Positions 29,476 through 38,691 are shown, counted from the first letter of the stretch. The stretch: 56,388 nucleotides of DNA from Bdellovibrionota bacterium (GCA_044356295.1 JBIKWN010000122.1:1-56388), one strand, 5' to 3'. Numbers and translations: made by a program. Notes: generated from the sequence alone by a model not told the origin.

Positions 29476-30096
29476 TTAAAGTAAGAATACTTCCATTTCA
29501 TCTCTACTGCCCAGAGCATACGGATTGCGAATAAGCCCATGTCTTAGTCCTACCCACTCTCTTATCTCTTTTAACTTGCTCTTTTCATACGCAGCTAATA
29601 GCTTTAAATAGTCACTGCTAGATACTAGTACCCATTCTCTTACTACATCTACTGCTACATTTAGCGTTTGTGCTTCCTCTATAAAGTGACACCATAAATA
29701 GGGCTTATTGTAGTTAATGATGTACTTAGTAGGATTATTCCAGTTAATAAGAAAGGGCTCCATTCTGTGTAGAGGAAAGGCATATAAACCTCTAAGTTGG
29801 GGAGGCGCATGATAACTATCTCTTCTAAAGTTAGTTATTCTGTGTAGATACTGCCATCTACTGTATATGCGTTTATTGTCTTCTATCCACGCATCAATTA
29901 GATCTTCATGTTTATATGATTGATCATCTTCTATCCAACTATAGATGTCCGTATCAATGTTTAACACGCCCCAGCTACTATTAATACGATTAGTAAGCGT
30001 CTTTAGTTCTCTAAGCTGCTTCTTAGTTGCTCTGTACTTGTGACTGTTACAGTTATGAGCATACCTAGCAAACACTAATCTCTTTAATGGATACAT
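29476..30096 (-). CDS. Hypothetical protein
   Basis: 206-aa ORF in the - strand operon. Confidence 0.6.
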   Translation of the reverse strand: MYPLKRLVFARYAHNCNSHKYRATKKQLRELKTLTNRINSSWGVLNIDTDIYSWIEDDQSYKHEDLIDAWIEDNKRIYSRWQYLHRITNFRRDSYHAPPQLRGLYAFPLHRMEPFLINWNNPTKYIINYNKPYLWCHFIEEAQTLNVAVDVVREWVLVSSSDYLKLLAAYEKSKLKEIREWVGLRHGLIRNPYALGSRDEMEVFLL

Positions 30097-30142
30097 ACAG
30101 TTAAGGCCCCATTAAAGAGGCCTCAATTATTAACTACATTAA

Positions 30143-30565
30143 CTAATCATCTGCAGCACTAATTGCTAACAACTCTTCAGCAGTTAAACCAGTAAAGCTG
30201 TTTTGCAGCTCTTCTTGTAACTTCTGCTGAGCAAGAGTTGCTGCTACATCTCTGCGCAGCTTATTAACTTGACGCAACTTAGCTGCTGCTGCTGCTGCTG
30301 CTTCATCTGCAATCTTCTTATTGATAATTACTTCTAACACTCTTAACTGCGTATCTACTACACCATTACCTGTTTCATTCTTGGCCCAAGGATCTTCTGT
30401 TAGAGGCTTATTCTTATACAGCTCTCTCCACATATTACGCAGCTCTGCTGTCTTTAGACTTACTAAGTCTAGTACGCTTAAAGGACCTTTAGTAGATAAA
30501 AAGGTAACGTTCTGTTGAAGAGCTCCAATAAACTCATTTAGATCTGGACTGTTTGTAGCCGTCAT
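30143..30565 (-). CDS. Conserved-type phage hypothetical protein (coiled-coil)
   Basis: 'FLSTKGPLSVLDL' N-terminal motif and helical C-terminus. Confidence 0.55.
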   Translation of the reverse strand: MTATNSPDLNEFIGALQQNVTFLSTKGPLSVLDLVSLKTAELRNMWRELYKNKPLTEDPWAKNETGNGVVDTQLRVLEVIINKKIADEAAAAAAAKLRQVNKLRRDVAATLAQQKLQEELQNSFTGLTAEELLAISAADD

Positions 30566-30623
30566 ACACTAACACCTAAGATACATAAATTTGACTAATT
30601 ATTAATATACACATTAAATAGAC

Positions 30624-32819
30624 TTAAAGCGTAACTCTAACTACTCTAGAGTTATTTTCCTTTGTTACCTTTACAACAAAGTCTGTCTTCTGATTTGCGC
30701 TGAATCCTAGACCAGCTAAATGCTGATTACTGGGATTTAACTTACTACTCTCTCCTAATAGTTCTAATGTGCGTCTATGTGGCTGAAGAAGAGAACATAG
30801 CCCTTCACTGTGAAAGCTTCTAAGAGGTTCAGTAGGTACACAGTCTTTAATAAAGAATAAATACTGCTTATCTCCAGTACCATTCTCATCCCAGTAATTT
30901 GGCGATAAACAAAACAGATTTACAGGATGAAATTGATTAGTAGTAAGACCCCATAATTCTCTTGTCTTATTAGTTGTTTGATCTGGAGAGACGTTATGGA
31001 TTACTTTAGCACATCCATTTTTATACTCAACTGTTGCGACTTTAATGTTATGCCTATCATATTTAAAAGCCGGTAATTTATAAGTATAAACTTGATCCTC
31101 AACTTCTAACTCTACTTCAAAGGAACTTGCACCTTTTACGTAAGAGAAGCAAGTCACTACAAAGTCATAGCTAGCTCCTTCTGTTAATCTGTTATAGACA
31201 ATATTCTCTACTGCTGGTACTCCCTTTTCAGTGTTAATCCTGTCTAAGTCTAACTGACCTCCATAAGGACTAAGAAAACTTGATACTCTATCTGCTCTAT
31301 AAATACTATTATAATAAACACGGGTGCCATTGTTTTCTTTGCAGGATAGATCTAAGTCACAGCGGTCCCAAGTATCTTCATGGTTCCACATTAAAGAGCA
31401 GCGCAGAGGTACTTCTGTCTTACCTCCTGCACTCTTTACTGCCTGCTTAATAAATGAAGCGCCTGCTAGATTATTAGCGTAAGTAACGGAAAAAGGAGTA
31501 CTCCATTTAAAGATACTACGATTACCAGTAAATAATGCAGCCAGATTATCTTGATGTCTACCCTCTACTAATACTTCTACCTTACTACTATGGGGTAGCA
31601 TATGACTAATAAAGTTTTCAATGCTTACAAGAGGCACATTAGCTACATCTGTTAAAATATTAGTATTGCCTTTTAAGTCTGATAGGGTCTGTACATCTTT
31701 AAATAAAGCAGCAGTAGTAGTTAGGCCTATAGTTTTACTAGCTCTATTAATGTGTAGGATAAAGTTAGCATCAATATCTGCAATAGTTGCAGGTCTTCTA
31801 CTAGTAAACGCATCAGTAAGATCATTCTCCTCTAAACACTTAATTGCTTCCTGCTTCTGTCTAGAACTAATAGGAGCAGTTGTCTTCTTATAGTTCTTAG
31901 GATCTGCTAATACGTTATAAGAATTACATACTTCTTCAATGTCTTTACCTTCTTCTAGTTCTAGGCAAGCTTTACCAATTAAACTATTAACAAAACGGCA
32001 CTCAGAAATTAAGCTGCTTTGTGCAGCTAGATACCAGAAGAATAATTGCTTATTAGTAGAGCTTGGCAGAGCGTCATACTTATTCTTTACTTCAATGAAT
32101 GCACATAGATTACGTCTATGCAATTCAGGGCGTAATAAGGCTCCTTGATCATATAGATCTTTAATTTCTAGCAGAGTAGATAGAGACAGTTGAATTAAGC
32201 CCTTTTCTAGTAGCTCCTTATTAGTTCTGTACTTGTTTTGAATGGTTGCAATACTAGTATCTACTGTAGTATCTAATGCATCCATTCTGGATTTTTTGTC
32301 TACTCTATACACATATTGTTTTAATGCTGTGTCTTCTACGTGAAAGTGATTAAACGTATAAGGAATACCAGCAGTTACAATGCCATACGTCTCCTTATCA
32401 CTATAGATTCGTCTAGTAGATGTATAGCCTAGAGTAATGCCATTACTGTCATAGGTAAGTACATCTTTATTTGCCAATGCAAGTACATCTGCAATAGGCA
32501 TACTATGCAGTAGAGTACTTAAAGCTGCTGCTACAGGTTCATAAATAGTTCCAGCAACAGCCGCTACATCATCAAACATAGTCATCAATTTGTAGTCTGC
32601 AGTAATAGCTACAATGCGACCATAGTTTTTAATAAAATGTCTATCTTTATTACAGTTATGTTCACTACTATCTGGTGATCTAAAACGTTTGTCTTGACCA
32701 AATGCATTCATGTAAGTAGACCATAGCAAGTTAGGATCTACGCTACTTACAAACAGACTGCCAGATCTACACATCTTGCTAAATTGAGCTTTGATGGTAT
32801 TGTTAAACTGTTTAAACAT
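30624..32819 (-). CDS. Large phage hypothetical protein with C-terminal YfaP/TerD-like beta domain
   Basis: 731 aa with AAGGAG RBS; 'LRCSLMWN...DLDL..C.E', 'GGQLDLD', 'AVENIVY'. Confidence 0.55.
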   Translation of the reverse strand: MFKQFNNTIKAQFSKMCRSGSLFVSSVDPNLLWSTYMNAFGQDKRFRSPDSSEHNCNKDRHFIKNYGRIVAITADYKLMTMFDDVAAVAGTIYEPVAAALSTLLHSMPIADVLALANKDVLTYDSNGITLGYTSTRRIYSDKETYGIVTAGIPYTFNHFHVEDTALKQYVYRVDKKSRMDALDTTVDTSIATIQNKYRTNKELLEKGLIQLSLSTLLEIKDLYDQGALLRPELHRRNLCAFIEVKNKYDALPSSTNKQLFFWYLAAQSSLISECRFVNSLIGKACLELEEGKDIEEVCNSYNVLADPKNYKKTTAPISSRQKQEAIKCLEENDLTDAFTSRRPATIADIDANFILHINRASKTIGLTTTAALFKDVQTLSDLKGNTNILTDVANVPLVSIENFISHMLPHSSKVEVLVEGRHQDNLAALFTGNRSIFKWSTPFSVTYANNLAGASFIKQAVKSAGGKTEVPLRCSLMWNHEDTWDRCDLDLSCKENNGTRVYYNSIYRADRVSSFLSPYGGQLDLDRINTEKGVPAVENIVYNRLTEGASYDFVVTCFSYVKGASSFEVELEVEDQVYTYKLPAFKYDRHNIKVATVEYKNGCAKVIHNVSPDQTTNKTRELWGLTTNQFHPVNLFCLSPNYWDENGTGDKQYLFFIKDCVPTEPLRSFHSEGLCSLLQPHRRTLELLGESSKLNPSNQHLAGLGFSANQKTDFVVKVTKENNSRVVRVTL

Positions 32820-32865
32820 AATTAATGCTCCTTAAATATTACAAATACAAAACACATGCGGACTC

Positions 32866-34071
32866 TTATTTATAGTAGCCACTATAGTCATAGTCATCTA
32901 ATTGGCGCTTAATATTAAATGATCTACCTCCAGGGACAGTATCTACGCCGGTGCCATTACAAGAATGCGCTCCAATCCAGTTATTATGTGGATTGTAGCC
33001 AACTAGATAATGCTCTAAATACTCAGCGTATGCAAGATGAGAGATGCCTAGTACTTTAATTACGTAGTAACCTAACATCATCCTCACTCTATTTGGTAAG
33101 TATCCCGTTACTCTAAGCTGATTCATTGCCCTGTTATAAAATAGGCTCCAATCATCCTTAGTCTGTACAGAATCTGGTAATACTTTTAACTGGCCCTTAT
33201 TTAAGTCTTTATCTAGACCATGCCTATAGAAGATCTTTCTACCATGCACATGAGCCAGTATAAAACAGTACTCATTCCAAATAAGACTTCTTAGTAAGCC
33301 ATCAAAGTCTGCCTGATCTATAGTCTTACTATTTAACTGGTTATACGCAATACCTACAACCTGCGCTTTAGATAGAATGCCATGTGATAATGCTGCTTCC
33401 AGCTTAGTAGTATCTAAGCCAGTAATAGCATTACGTCTATGTTCATAATTCTTTAAGTTGTTAAAGCAGGGCACTACATTAGCAGAATTTAGTTCCTTAT
33501 CTCCATCAATAGAAGACAGGCCTACATCAATCGTATTAAGACTAGTTACTGGATTGCTGCCGTACTTTATAGCAGAGAAGGCAGCTAAAGCATTTAAATG
33601 AAAGCTCTTAAAGTAGCTAGAAGACTTCTTATAGATGCTTACCAGATCATCTACAGCAAAGAGACTAATACCTCTCTTAATTAGTCTAGTTCTATAACCC
33701 AACTGTAGCTCCTCTTGATAAGCAAGTTCATAGGCATAGGGCTGATACAATACGTGAGCCTTAATCTCATGTATCTCTTTATTCAGTTTAAGTCTAACAG
33801 TATCTACTGCCTGCTTATACGTTCCCTCTAACACTAACAAATCATGAGCGCCTTTACTCTTAAGCTCTTCTCTAAGTAACTGCAATCTATAGAATAGATA
33901 GCGCCATCTATTCTCTCCTACACTAGGAATGCCCGTGTAATGTCCCTTAGAGAAGTAGTAAGGAGTGAGTACATAGACAAACACAGTAGGCGCATTATCT
34001 AGCTCTTCAAACAAGGGATTGTCTACAGTGCGAAGGGCACCATTAAGAATAACAACATTTAGTTTACTCAT
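32866..34071 (-). CDS. Divergent DNA photolyase/cryptochrome (Cry-DASH-like)
   Basis: 'LRTVDNPL', 'GENRWRYL...L..L', 'LSHGILS', 'LIWNEY', 'AMNQLRVTGYLPNRVRMM', 'GTGVD...RSFNIKRQ..YDYSG.Y'. Confidence 0.8.
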   Translation of the reverse strand: MSKLNVVILNGALRTVDNPLFEELDNAPTVFVYVLTPYYFSKGHYTGIPSVGENRWRYLFYRLQLLREELKSKGAHDLLVLEGTYKQAVDTVRLKLNKEIHEIKAHVLYQPYAYELAYQEELQLGYRTRLIKRGISLFAVDDLVSIYKKSSSYFKSFHLNALAAFSAIKYGSNPVTSLNTIDVGLSSIDGDKELNSANVVPCFNNLKNYEHRRNAITGLDTTKLEAALSHGILSKAQVVGIAYNQLNSKTIDQADFDGLLRSLIWNEYCFILAHVHGRKIFYRHGLDKDLNKGQLKVLPDSVQTKDDWSLFYNRAMNQLRVTGYLPNRVRMMLGYYVIKVLGISHLAYAEYLEHYLVGYNPHNNWIGAHSCNGTGVDTVPGGRSFNIKRQLDDYDYSGYYK

Positions 34072-34580
34072 TAACTATTCTCCTTAAATTGCTCATATAG
34101 ACGTAAGAACAGATTACACATCTGTGTGTGTCGTTCTTCATACAGAGTAATAACTGTATTTAGATCTTCTTTAATAACATGCTTACAGTTAATCACATCA
34201 CTGTAAAAAGCATCTGTAAAGGAAAACACTAATTCATTAATAGCAGCATTGCTTGTCTTACTCATCAATACGTCGTACTTAAACTGATTAAAGTAACTAT
34301 TGCTTAAATACTCTAATTCATAGAACTTACAGTCCTTATTAATAAAAGCAATAGTAGTTGTAGCATTACAAAGGTCAATAAATGGCTTCAAGTACTCTTG
34401 TATCTTTCTTTCTACTTCAACTGCAAATAGAGGATTATCAGTTATTAGTGGCTTAGACAGTAGCTGCTGCAATTCAGCAAAAGACATAGACAGGTGCATT
34501 CCTTTTGTTCTAGGACTTACTAAGCCCTTAAGCAGCTCATTAGCATACCACTTAGCAAGTACGTCTTTAGGTGTTAACAA
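34071..34580 (-). CDS. Hypothetical protein
   Basis: 169-aa ORF coupled to its neighbours. Confidence 0.55.
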   Translation of the reverse strand: MLTPKDVLAKWYANELLKGLVSPRTKGMHLSMSFAELQQLLSKPLITDNPLFAVEVERKIQEYLKPFIDLCNATTTIAFINKDCKFYELEYLSNSYFNQFKYDVLMSKTSNAAINELVFSFTDAFYSDVINCKHVIKEDLNTVITLYEERHTQMCNLFLRLYEQFKENS

Positions 34581-35280
34581 TCTTATACCTCCTAATTAGT
34601 CTATTGACTTCTATATTTGTTTGTAGACTTGCAAGCATCTGTCTATCTGGATCTTTACTAGAGAGACAATACAATTTGTACTTATCAAAGCTCTTAGAGA
34701 CTACAGATGCAGTCTGCTCTTTAGTTAAACCATCATTATTAATAACAATCAAGGGATACTTATAATCAATAATGATGCGGTGGTGAACATCTTCATTGCA
34801 GTACAGTTCCGCTATAGCTTTCTTGTGGTCATCTTCAAACATACCATTAGTATCTCTATTAGTTAATCTAGTAAGTCCCTGCATACCAACAAGCATAATT
34901 ACTACTGAAGGATGCTTAATAGAAGTATCTAGCAGATAAGAGCGGGCTGTTGTTTCTGAGCTACCACAAGCCAGCATATACATATAAGTACAGACGCTGC
35001 ACCTATCTACTACATAGATAGTACGAGGATCTACTAGCGTATGTCTATACAGTTCAAATCTATTCTGTTTAAACTTATCAGCTAAAGTAACTAGAGGAAT
35101 ATCTCCACGTATATATGCATTATATGCATTAGTAATAGCATGTCTATTACTGCTGTTATTATCTAGTTCTTTAACGTACTTAGTGCCGTTAATTGTTGTA
35201 CTAAAGAGTTCTGCTTGAGTGCTTTTACCAATACCATCAGGGCCAGTAAAAGCAATAACGTTAGGCATATATTCCAGCAT
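34567..35280 (-). CDS. tmk: Thymidylate (dNMP) kinase
   Basis: P-loop 'IAFTGPDGIGKSTQ' and 'VVDR..S...Y' motif. Confidence 0.85.
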   Translation of the reverse strand: MLEYMPNVIAFTGPDGIGKSTQAELFSTTINGTKYVKELDNNSSNRHAITNAYNAYIRGDIPLVTLADKFKQNRFELYRHTLVDPRTIYVVDRCSVCTYMYMLACGSSETTARSYLLDTSIKHPSVVIMLVGMQGLTRLTNRDTNGMFEDDHKKAIAELYCNEDVHHRIIIDYKYPLIVINNDGLTKEQTASVVSKSFDKYKLYCLSSKDPDRQMLASLQTNIEVNRLIRRYKIVNT

Positions 35281-35283
35281 ATA

Positions 35284-35418
35284 TTAATTCTTCTTGCCTC
35301 TATTATTATTATTGTCTTGTTTTGGAGGTGGTGGAGGTAGATCATCTTGACAGTATGCATATATCAATGCAGCTACCATAACAGCGCCACAAAGAACGTT
35401 ACCCTTATCTACATTCAT
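35284..35418 (-). CDS. Small (44 aa) membrane peptide, absent from the ORF track
   Basis: MNVDKGNVLCGAVMVAALIYAYCQDDLPPPPPKQDNNNNRGKKN*. It fills the gap exactly, 2 nt after the previous stop and 3 nt before the next ATG. Confidence 0.6.
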   Translation of the reverse strand: MNVDKGNVLCGAVMVAALIYAYCQDDLPPPPPKQDNNNNRGKKN

Positions 35419-35420
35419 AT

Positions 35421-35969
35421 TTATGTTGTTCCGTATTTAGATACCAATCTATTTCCTAAATCCAAGAATAGGGCATAGTTAAGAGTTAAAGGATCATCAG
35501 CCGTTATAGCATTTAAACACTCAAGCACGTACTGCCACATATCAAGCAAGTTATGTCCCATATGAGGGAAATTTACATACCACATAGTATCGTCTTGAGA
35601 GGCCAGTACTAATCCAATTTGATCCTTCTCTGCAAAGTACGTATAGTAGAGATGCAGTTCATTGTATTTTTTATTACCAAACTGCCAACATTCTTCTGTA
35701 CTAACCTTGACTATGCAGGCGTATTTCTCGTCACCAGCATGACAAGAGCCATTAGAATGATATATTGCTCCTCTTACTCTATAAGTTTGTCCAAGAACAG
35801 ACTCTAGTTCAGCATCACTAGTGTTGTATATTTCAAACATATCCTTTTGAAATCTACTTAGAATCAAATTATCACTTTGATCTTCAAGGCAAAGCTGATC
35901 CAAGTATTTTTCTGCTATGCGTCTTTTCTTTTTAGCTAATTTATTCATTGTACTTAATTTACGCATCAC
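35421..35969 (-). CDS. Hypothetical protein
   Basis: 182-aa ORF in the operon. Confidence 0.55.
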   Translation of the reverse strand: MMRKLSTMNKLAKKKRRIAEKYLDQLCLEDQSDNLILSRFQKDMFEIYNTSDAELESVLGQTYRVRGAIYHSNGSCHAGDEKYACIVKVSTEECWQFGNKKYNELHLYYTYFAEKDQIGLVLASQDDTMWYVNFPHMGHNLLDMWQYVLECLNAITADDPLTLNYALFLDLGNRLVSKYGTT

Positions 35970-36465
35970 CTAATAGCCTTTCCAAAGCGGGCAAGTAGCT
36001 TTCTCTTAGCTCAGGATGGTTTATCATTGCTTCAACTATGAGAAAGGTGTAGAGTCGTATTTCTTTTACGTAGTATGTAGGCCTATAGTGCCAGGACAGT
36101 ATGAAGTTAACTGTATTCTCTCTGATTAGTATTGAAGGACTTTTCAAGCTTTGTAGAATAAACAGATCCAATCTTTCAGCAGTAAAAGAGTCAAAGGAGG
36201 GCCAATCTCTTACAGGAGAGATGCTATCAAACAGTCTACAGATAGCTATTCTTGTTACACTGTCATCTGGAATATCAAACCGAACTAGAGCTGTTACTAT
36301 TGCGTGCAGGACATCCTTATTTTCTTTTATAAGTTCTGAGGGAAAGTTAAAGTCTCTAATGCGTCTATTCAATTTACAGACAGCGCGTTCAAGTCTTTCT
36401 ATATTAGGAGCTAGAAGTACCTCTGCTTTACAGGCAAGCAGCTTACGACTCAATATTCTTTTCAC
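35959..36465 (-). CDS. Hypothetical helical protein
   Basis: 168-aa ORF overlapping the next gene. Confidence 0.5.
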   Translation of the reverse strand: MKRILSRKLLACKAEVLLAPNIERLERAVCKLNRRIRDFNFPSELIKENKDVLHAIVTALVRFDIPDDSVTRIAICRLFDSISPVRDWPSFDSFTAERLDLFILQSLKSPSILIRENTVNFILSWHYRPTYYVKEIRLYTFLIVEAMINHPELRESYLPALERLLGDA

Positions 36466-36508
36466 TTTTTAATTTAGCTCTACGTATTAAAAGGGGAATT
36501 ATGTTATC

Positions 36509-36775
36509 TCATTCATTAGCGCCTTGAAGTGAGTATTTATGCAGCTCATAGAAAGCAACAGCTTCTTTATTTCTGCCATTATTAAGGAGATCTAACAGGG
36601 CAGTAGTTACTTCAACGTATCTTGTTGATTTAAGTTCAACAGTACGATATGCGGATGCAACATTAAGTCTTAGTACGTGATATGCAAAGTCTTTAGTACC
36701 TTCTATGCTTACGTAGCGCGTCAATTTATTAACTAGGAAGTTAATTGTATCAAGCATCTTCTTTTTAATCTGCAT
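36509..36775 (-). CDS. Hypothetical protein
   Basis: 88-aa ORF coupled to the upstream gene. Confidence 0.55.
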   Translation of the reverse strand: MQIKKKMLDTINFLVNKLTRYVSIEGTKDFAYHVLRLNVASAYRTVELKSTRYVEVTTALLDLLNNGRNKEAVAFYELHKYSLQGANE

Positions 36776-37085
36776 TATTAATTCTCTGTTTAAGTTTATT
36801 TATTAAATCTGATCCGCATCTAGTAAATAAGGTATTAATAAGCTTATCTTCCATAATACTTTTAAGCATTAGTAGTTGTTTATCTGACAAGTTCTCCTCT
36901 ACATTAAACCAATAACTTAGGACAGACTCACTAACAAAACCTCTAGAACGTCTAGATTGAAGTGAAAGCTTGAAGTAATCATTAAGCTCAATAATTAGAG
37001 ATAGGAGCTCCACTCCTTCATCAGTGCATATATCTACAATGCTTTGTAGATATTCAGCAGTAATTAACTTATTATTAGTAGGCAT
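36765..37085 (-). CDS. Hypothetical protein
   Basis: 106-aa ORF overlapping the HNH gene end. Confidence 0.55.
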   Translation of the reverse strand: MPTNNKLITAEYLQSIVDICTDEGVELLSLIIELNDYFKLSLQSRRSRGFVSESVLSYWFNVEENLSDKQLLMLKSIMEDKLINTLFTRCGSDLINKLKQRINNAD

Positions 37086-37674
37086 AGTCTTTATTGATTA
37101 CATCCAACTTAGTACAGACTTTAAATGCCCAACTCATTACAGACTTAAAGACAGTAGTAATACTATTAACGTACTGCAGGCCTGAGAATTTAAATGTAGC
37201 CACAATAGACCTAGCAACAATATTAAGAATAAACTTCAACCAATTAGCAATCTTATTGCCCTTTGTATTAAAGACAGTTCTAGCGCCCTTATATTTTTTA
37301 AACACTTTAATATTAAACGTACATGCTCTTCTTTGAAACTTAGTAACAAGCACATGATCATCTGGAGACAGATAGACTAAGTTACTAGGAGTATTATTAT
37401 GAGTATTACCATCTACATGATGCACTTCCACATCAGCGCCACTAAAGCGCATTTTATTTTTACCAACAAATAGAAAGGCAATAATTTGATGATAGTAGAC
37501 CAACTTTCTACTTCTATTAGAGAAGTGCCAGTAACCCGTTTCTTCTAGCAAGGACTTAATAGCACTATTACATGGTCTAGTAACATCAAAGCACTTATAT
37601 GAATGAGGAAATCTACCTACAACAAAGTAGGAGCTATTATCCAGTAATTCCTTTATATCGCAATAGTTATACAT
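37075..37674 (-). CDS. HNH endonuclease
   Basis: 'YHQIIAFLF...EVHHVDGNTHNNTPSNLVYLSPDDH'; GAGAGG RBS upstream. Confidence 0.88.
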   Translation of the reverse strand: MYNYCDIKELLDNSSYFVVGRFPHSYKCFDVTRPCNSAIKSLLEETGYWHFSNRSRKLVYYHQIIAFLFVGKNKMRFSGADVEVHHVDGNTHNNTPSNLVYLSPDDHVLVTKFQRRACTFNIKVFKKYKGARTVFNTKGNKIANWLKFILNIVARSIVATFKFSGLQYVNSITTVFKSVMSWAFKVCTKLDVINKDYAY

Positions 37675-37690
37675 AACACAAACCTCTCAA

Positions 37691-38075
37691 CAAATACTAA
37701 TAAACAACAAACACAAAACAAATAACTACTCTCTGTTGACCCAGGCCCAAAACCTAGAGGAGAGTAGTTATTTGACTGTATTTGATTAGACACTCTAATC
37801 CCTTGTGTTTTATTTAGTATCTCCCTAATAGGAGCCCCAGAGTTCCAGGATTACACTTATTAACGCCGATGTATGTAACATCTTTCTAAGAGTCAGCACG
37901 TATGCCCACAAAGACTCTTAATTTACTATTCTACTTAAAGTAGAGGCAATTATAAGGAGCTGGCTGGGGTCGGGGTGTTATGAAGAAGCTTTACTCTCTT
38001 CTACTAGTTTGCTAGTTTGGAGTGCTTCGTCTTACTAATGTAAGCGTCCTGCCCTGTTACTCATTATTATAACAC
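37691..38075. ncRNA. Unclassified highly structured non-coding element (candidate ncRNA or structured DNA)
   Basis: Largest ORF-free gap, with about 10 stems, e.g. 37719-33/37760-74 (15 bp), 37784-90/37794-800, 37835-40/37964-69, 37887-94/37913-20, 37930-35/37939-44, 37975-83/38067-75, 37985-89/38024-28, 38003-07/38012-16, 38031-35/38040-44. Confidence 0.55.
38066..38074 (-). promoter_or_regulatory. Candidate extended -10 promoter (TGnTATAAT)
   Basis: The minus strand reads TGT-TATAAT just after the upstream gene stop; no -35 match. Confidence 0.35.
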
Positions 38076-38078
38076 ACA

Positions 38079-38432
38079 TTATTTGTTTTCCCTTTCTTTT
38101 TTTAAAAGGGCCCAATCCCGCAGAGTATAAGTTGTTTCTTCTACGTCTGCATTACTAACTGTAGTAATATTGCAGCTTGTTACCGCATCTTCTACGTGTA
38201 CTCCTATTTCTTCCAGCACTGCAATCAAATAATCAATCTTGTTAAGTCCTGTATATTTCCATTCTGCAGCTACGAGCTGCTGTTCAATAGGATTAGCACT
38301 GTACCAATCATTATCAGCAATAGGCTGGCCATCATACAGCAGTTCAATATTAGTTAAGTCCGTCTTAAGTAAATTCTTTCTAGCCACATACAGAGCCAGT
38401 ACATCCTTTAAATCTATCTGCTGTCTGCTCAT
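38079..38432 (-). CDS. Hypothetical protein
   Basis: 117-aa ORF with ATG start. Confidence 0.55.
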   Translation of the reverse strand: MSRQQIDLKDVLALYVARKNLLKTDLTNIELLYDGQPIADNDWYSANPIEQQLVAAEWKYTGLNKIDYLIAVLEEIGVHVEDAVTSCNITTVSNADVEETTYTLRDWALLKKERENK

Positions 38433-38484
38433 ATATTGTTTACGCCTATTTTTTTAACTGCTTATCCGTATTTACTACATAAAA

Positions 38485-38517
38485 AATGCACCTAGGTCTT
38501 TTCCATCTAGGTGCATT
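38485..38517 (-). terminator. Intrinsic terminator downstream of tRNA
   Basis: AATGCACCTAG (38485-95) / CTAGGTGCATT (38507-17), followed by a T-run on the minus strand. Confidence 0.75.
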
Positions 38518-38569
38518 ATTTTTTCTGTATCCCATCATAGGAGCTTAATTGATTCTACACATTAACTTG

Positions 38570-38647
38570 TGGTGCGGATGGTAGGACTCTAACCTACGAC
38601 TTCCTGTCCCCAAAACAGGCGCTCTAAACAAACTGAGCTACACCCAC
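38570..38647 (-). tRNA. tRNA-Pro(UGG) with encoded CCA
   Basis: Cloverleaf GTGGGTG-TA-GCTC-AGTTTGTTTA-GAGC-G-CCTGT-TT TGG GG-ACAGG-AAGTC-GTAGG-TTAGAGT-CCTAC-CATCCGC-ACCA. Confidence 0.92.
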
Positions 38648-38691
38648 ATAACACATGTAACTGTAGAGGGGGCTACTTACGTAGGGATGAT

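Noticed and set aside
29442..29540. N-terminal extension of ThyX in the ORF track
   Set aside because: It overlaps the upstream gene by 65 nt and has no ThyX-like sequence; the ATG at 29441 fits better.
30281..30303. (GCT)n trinucleotide run
   Set aside because: It simply encodes a poly-Ala helix in the 140-aa protein.
35163..35360. 65-aa ORF-track call overlapping tmk
   Set aside because: It overlaps tmk out of frame; the 44-aa ORF at 35284..35418 fits the gap without overlap.
37075..38078. IscB/HEARO, group I intron, retron, tmRNA or RNase P identity for the structured element
   Set aside because: The HNH protein lacks PLMP and split RuvC motifs. I found no recognisable P7 core or interrupted host gene, no reverse transcriptase in the window, and no tag peptide or RNase P consensus. 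It is left unclassified.
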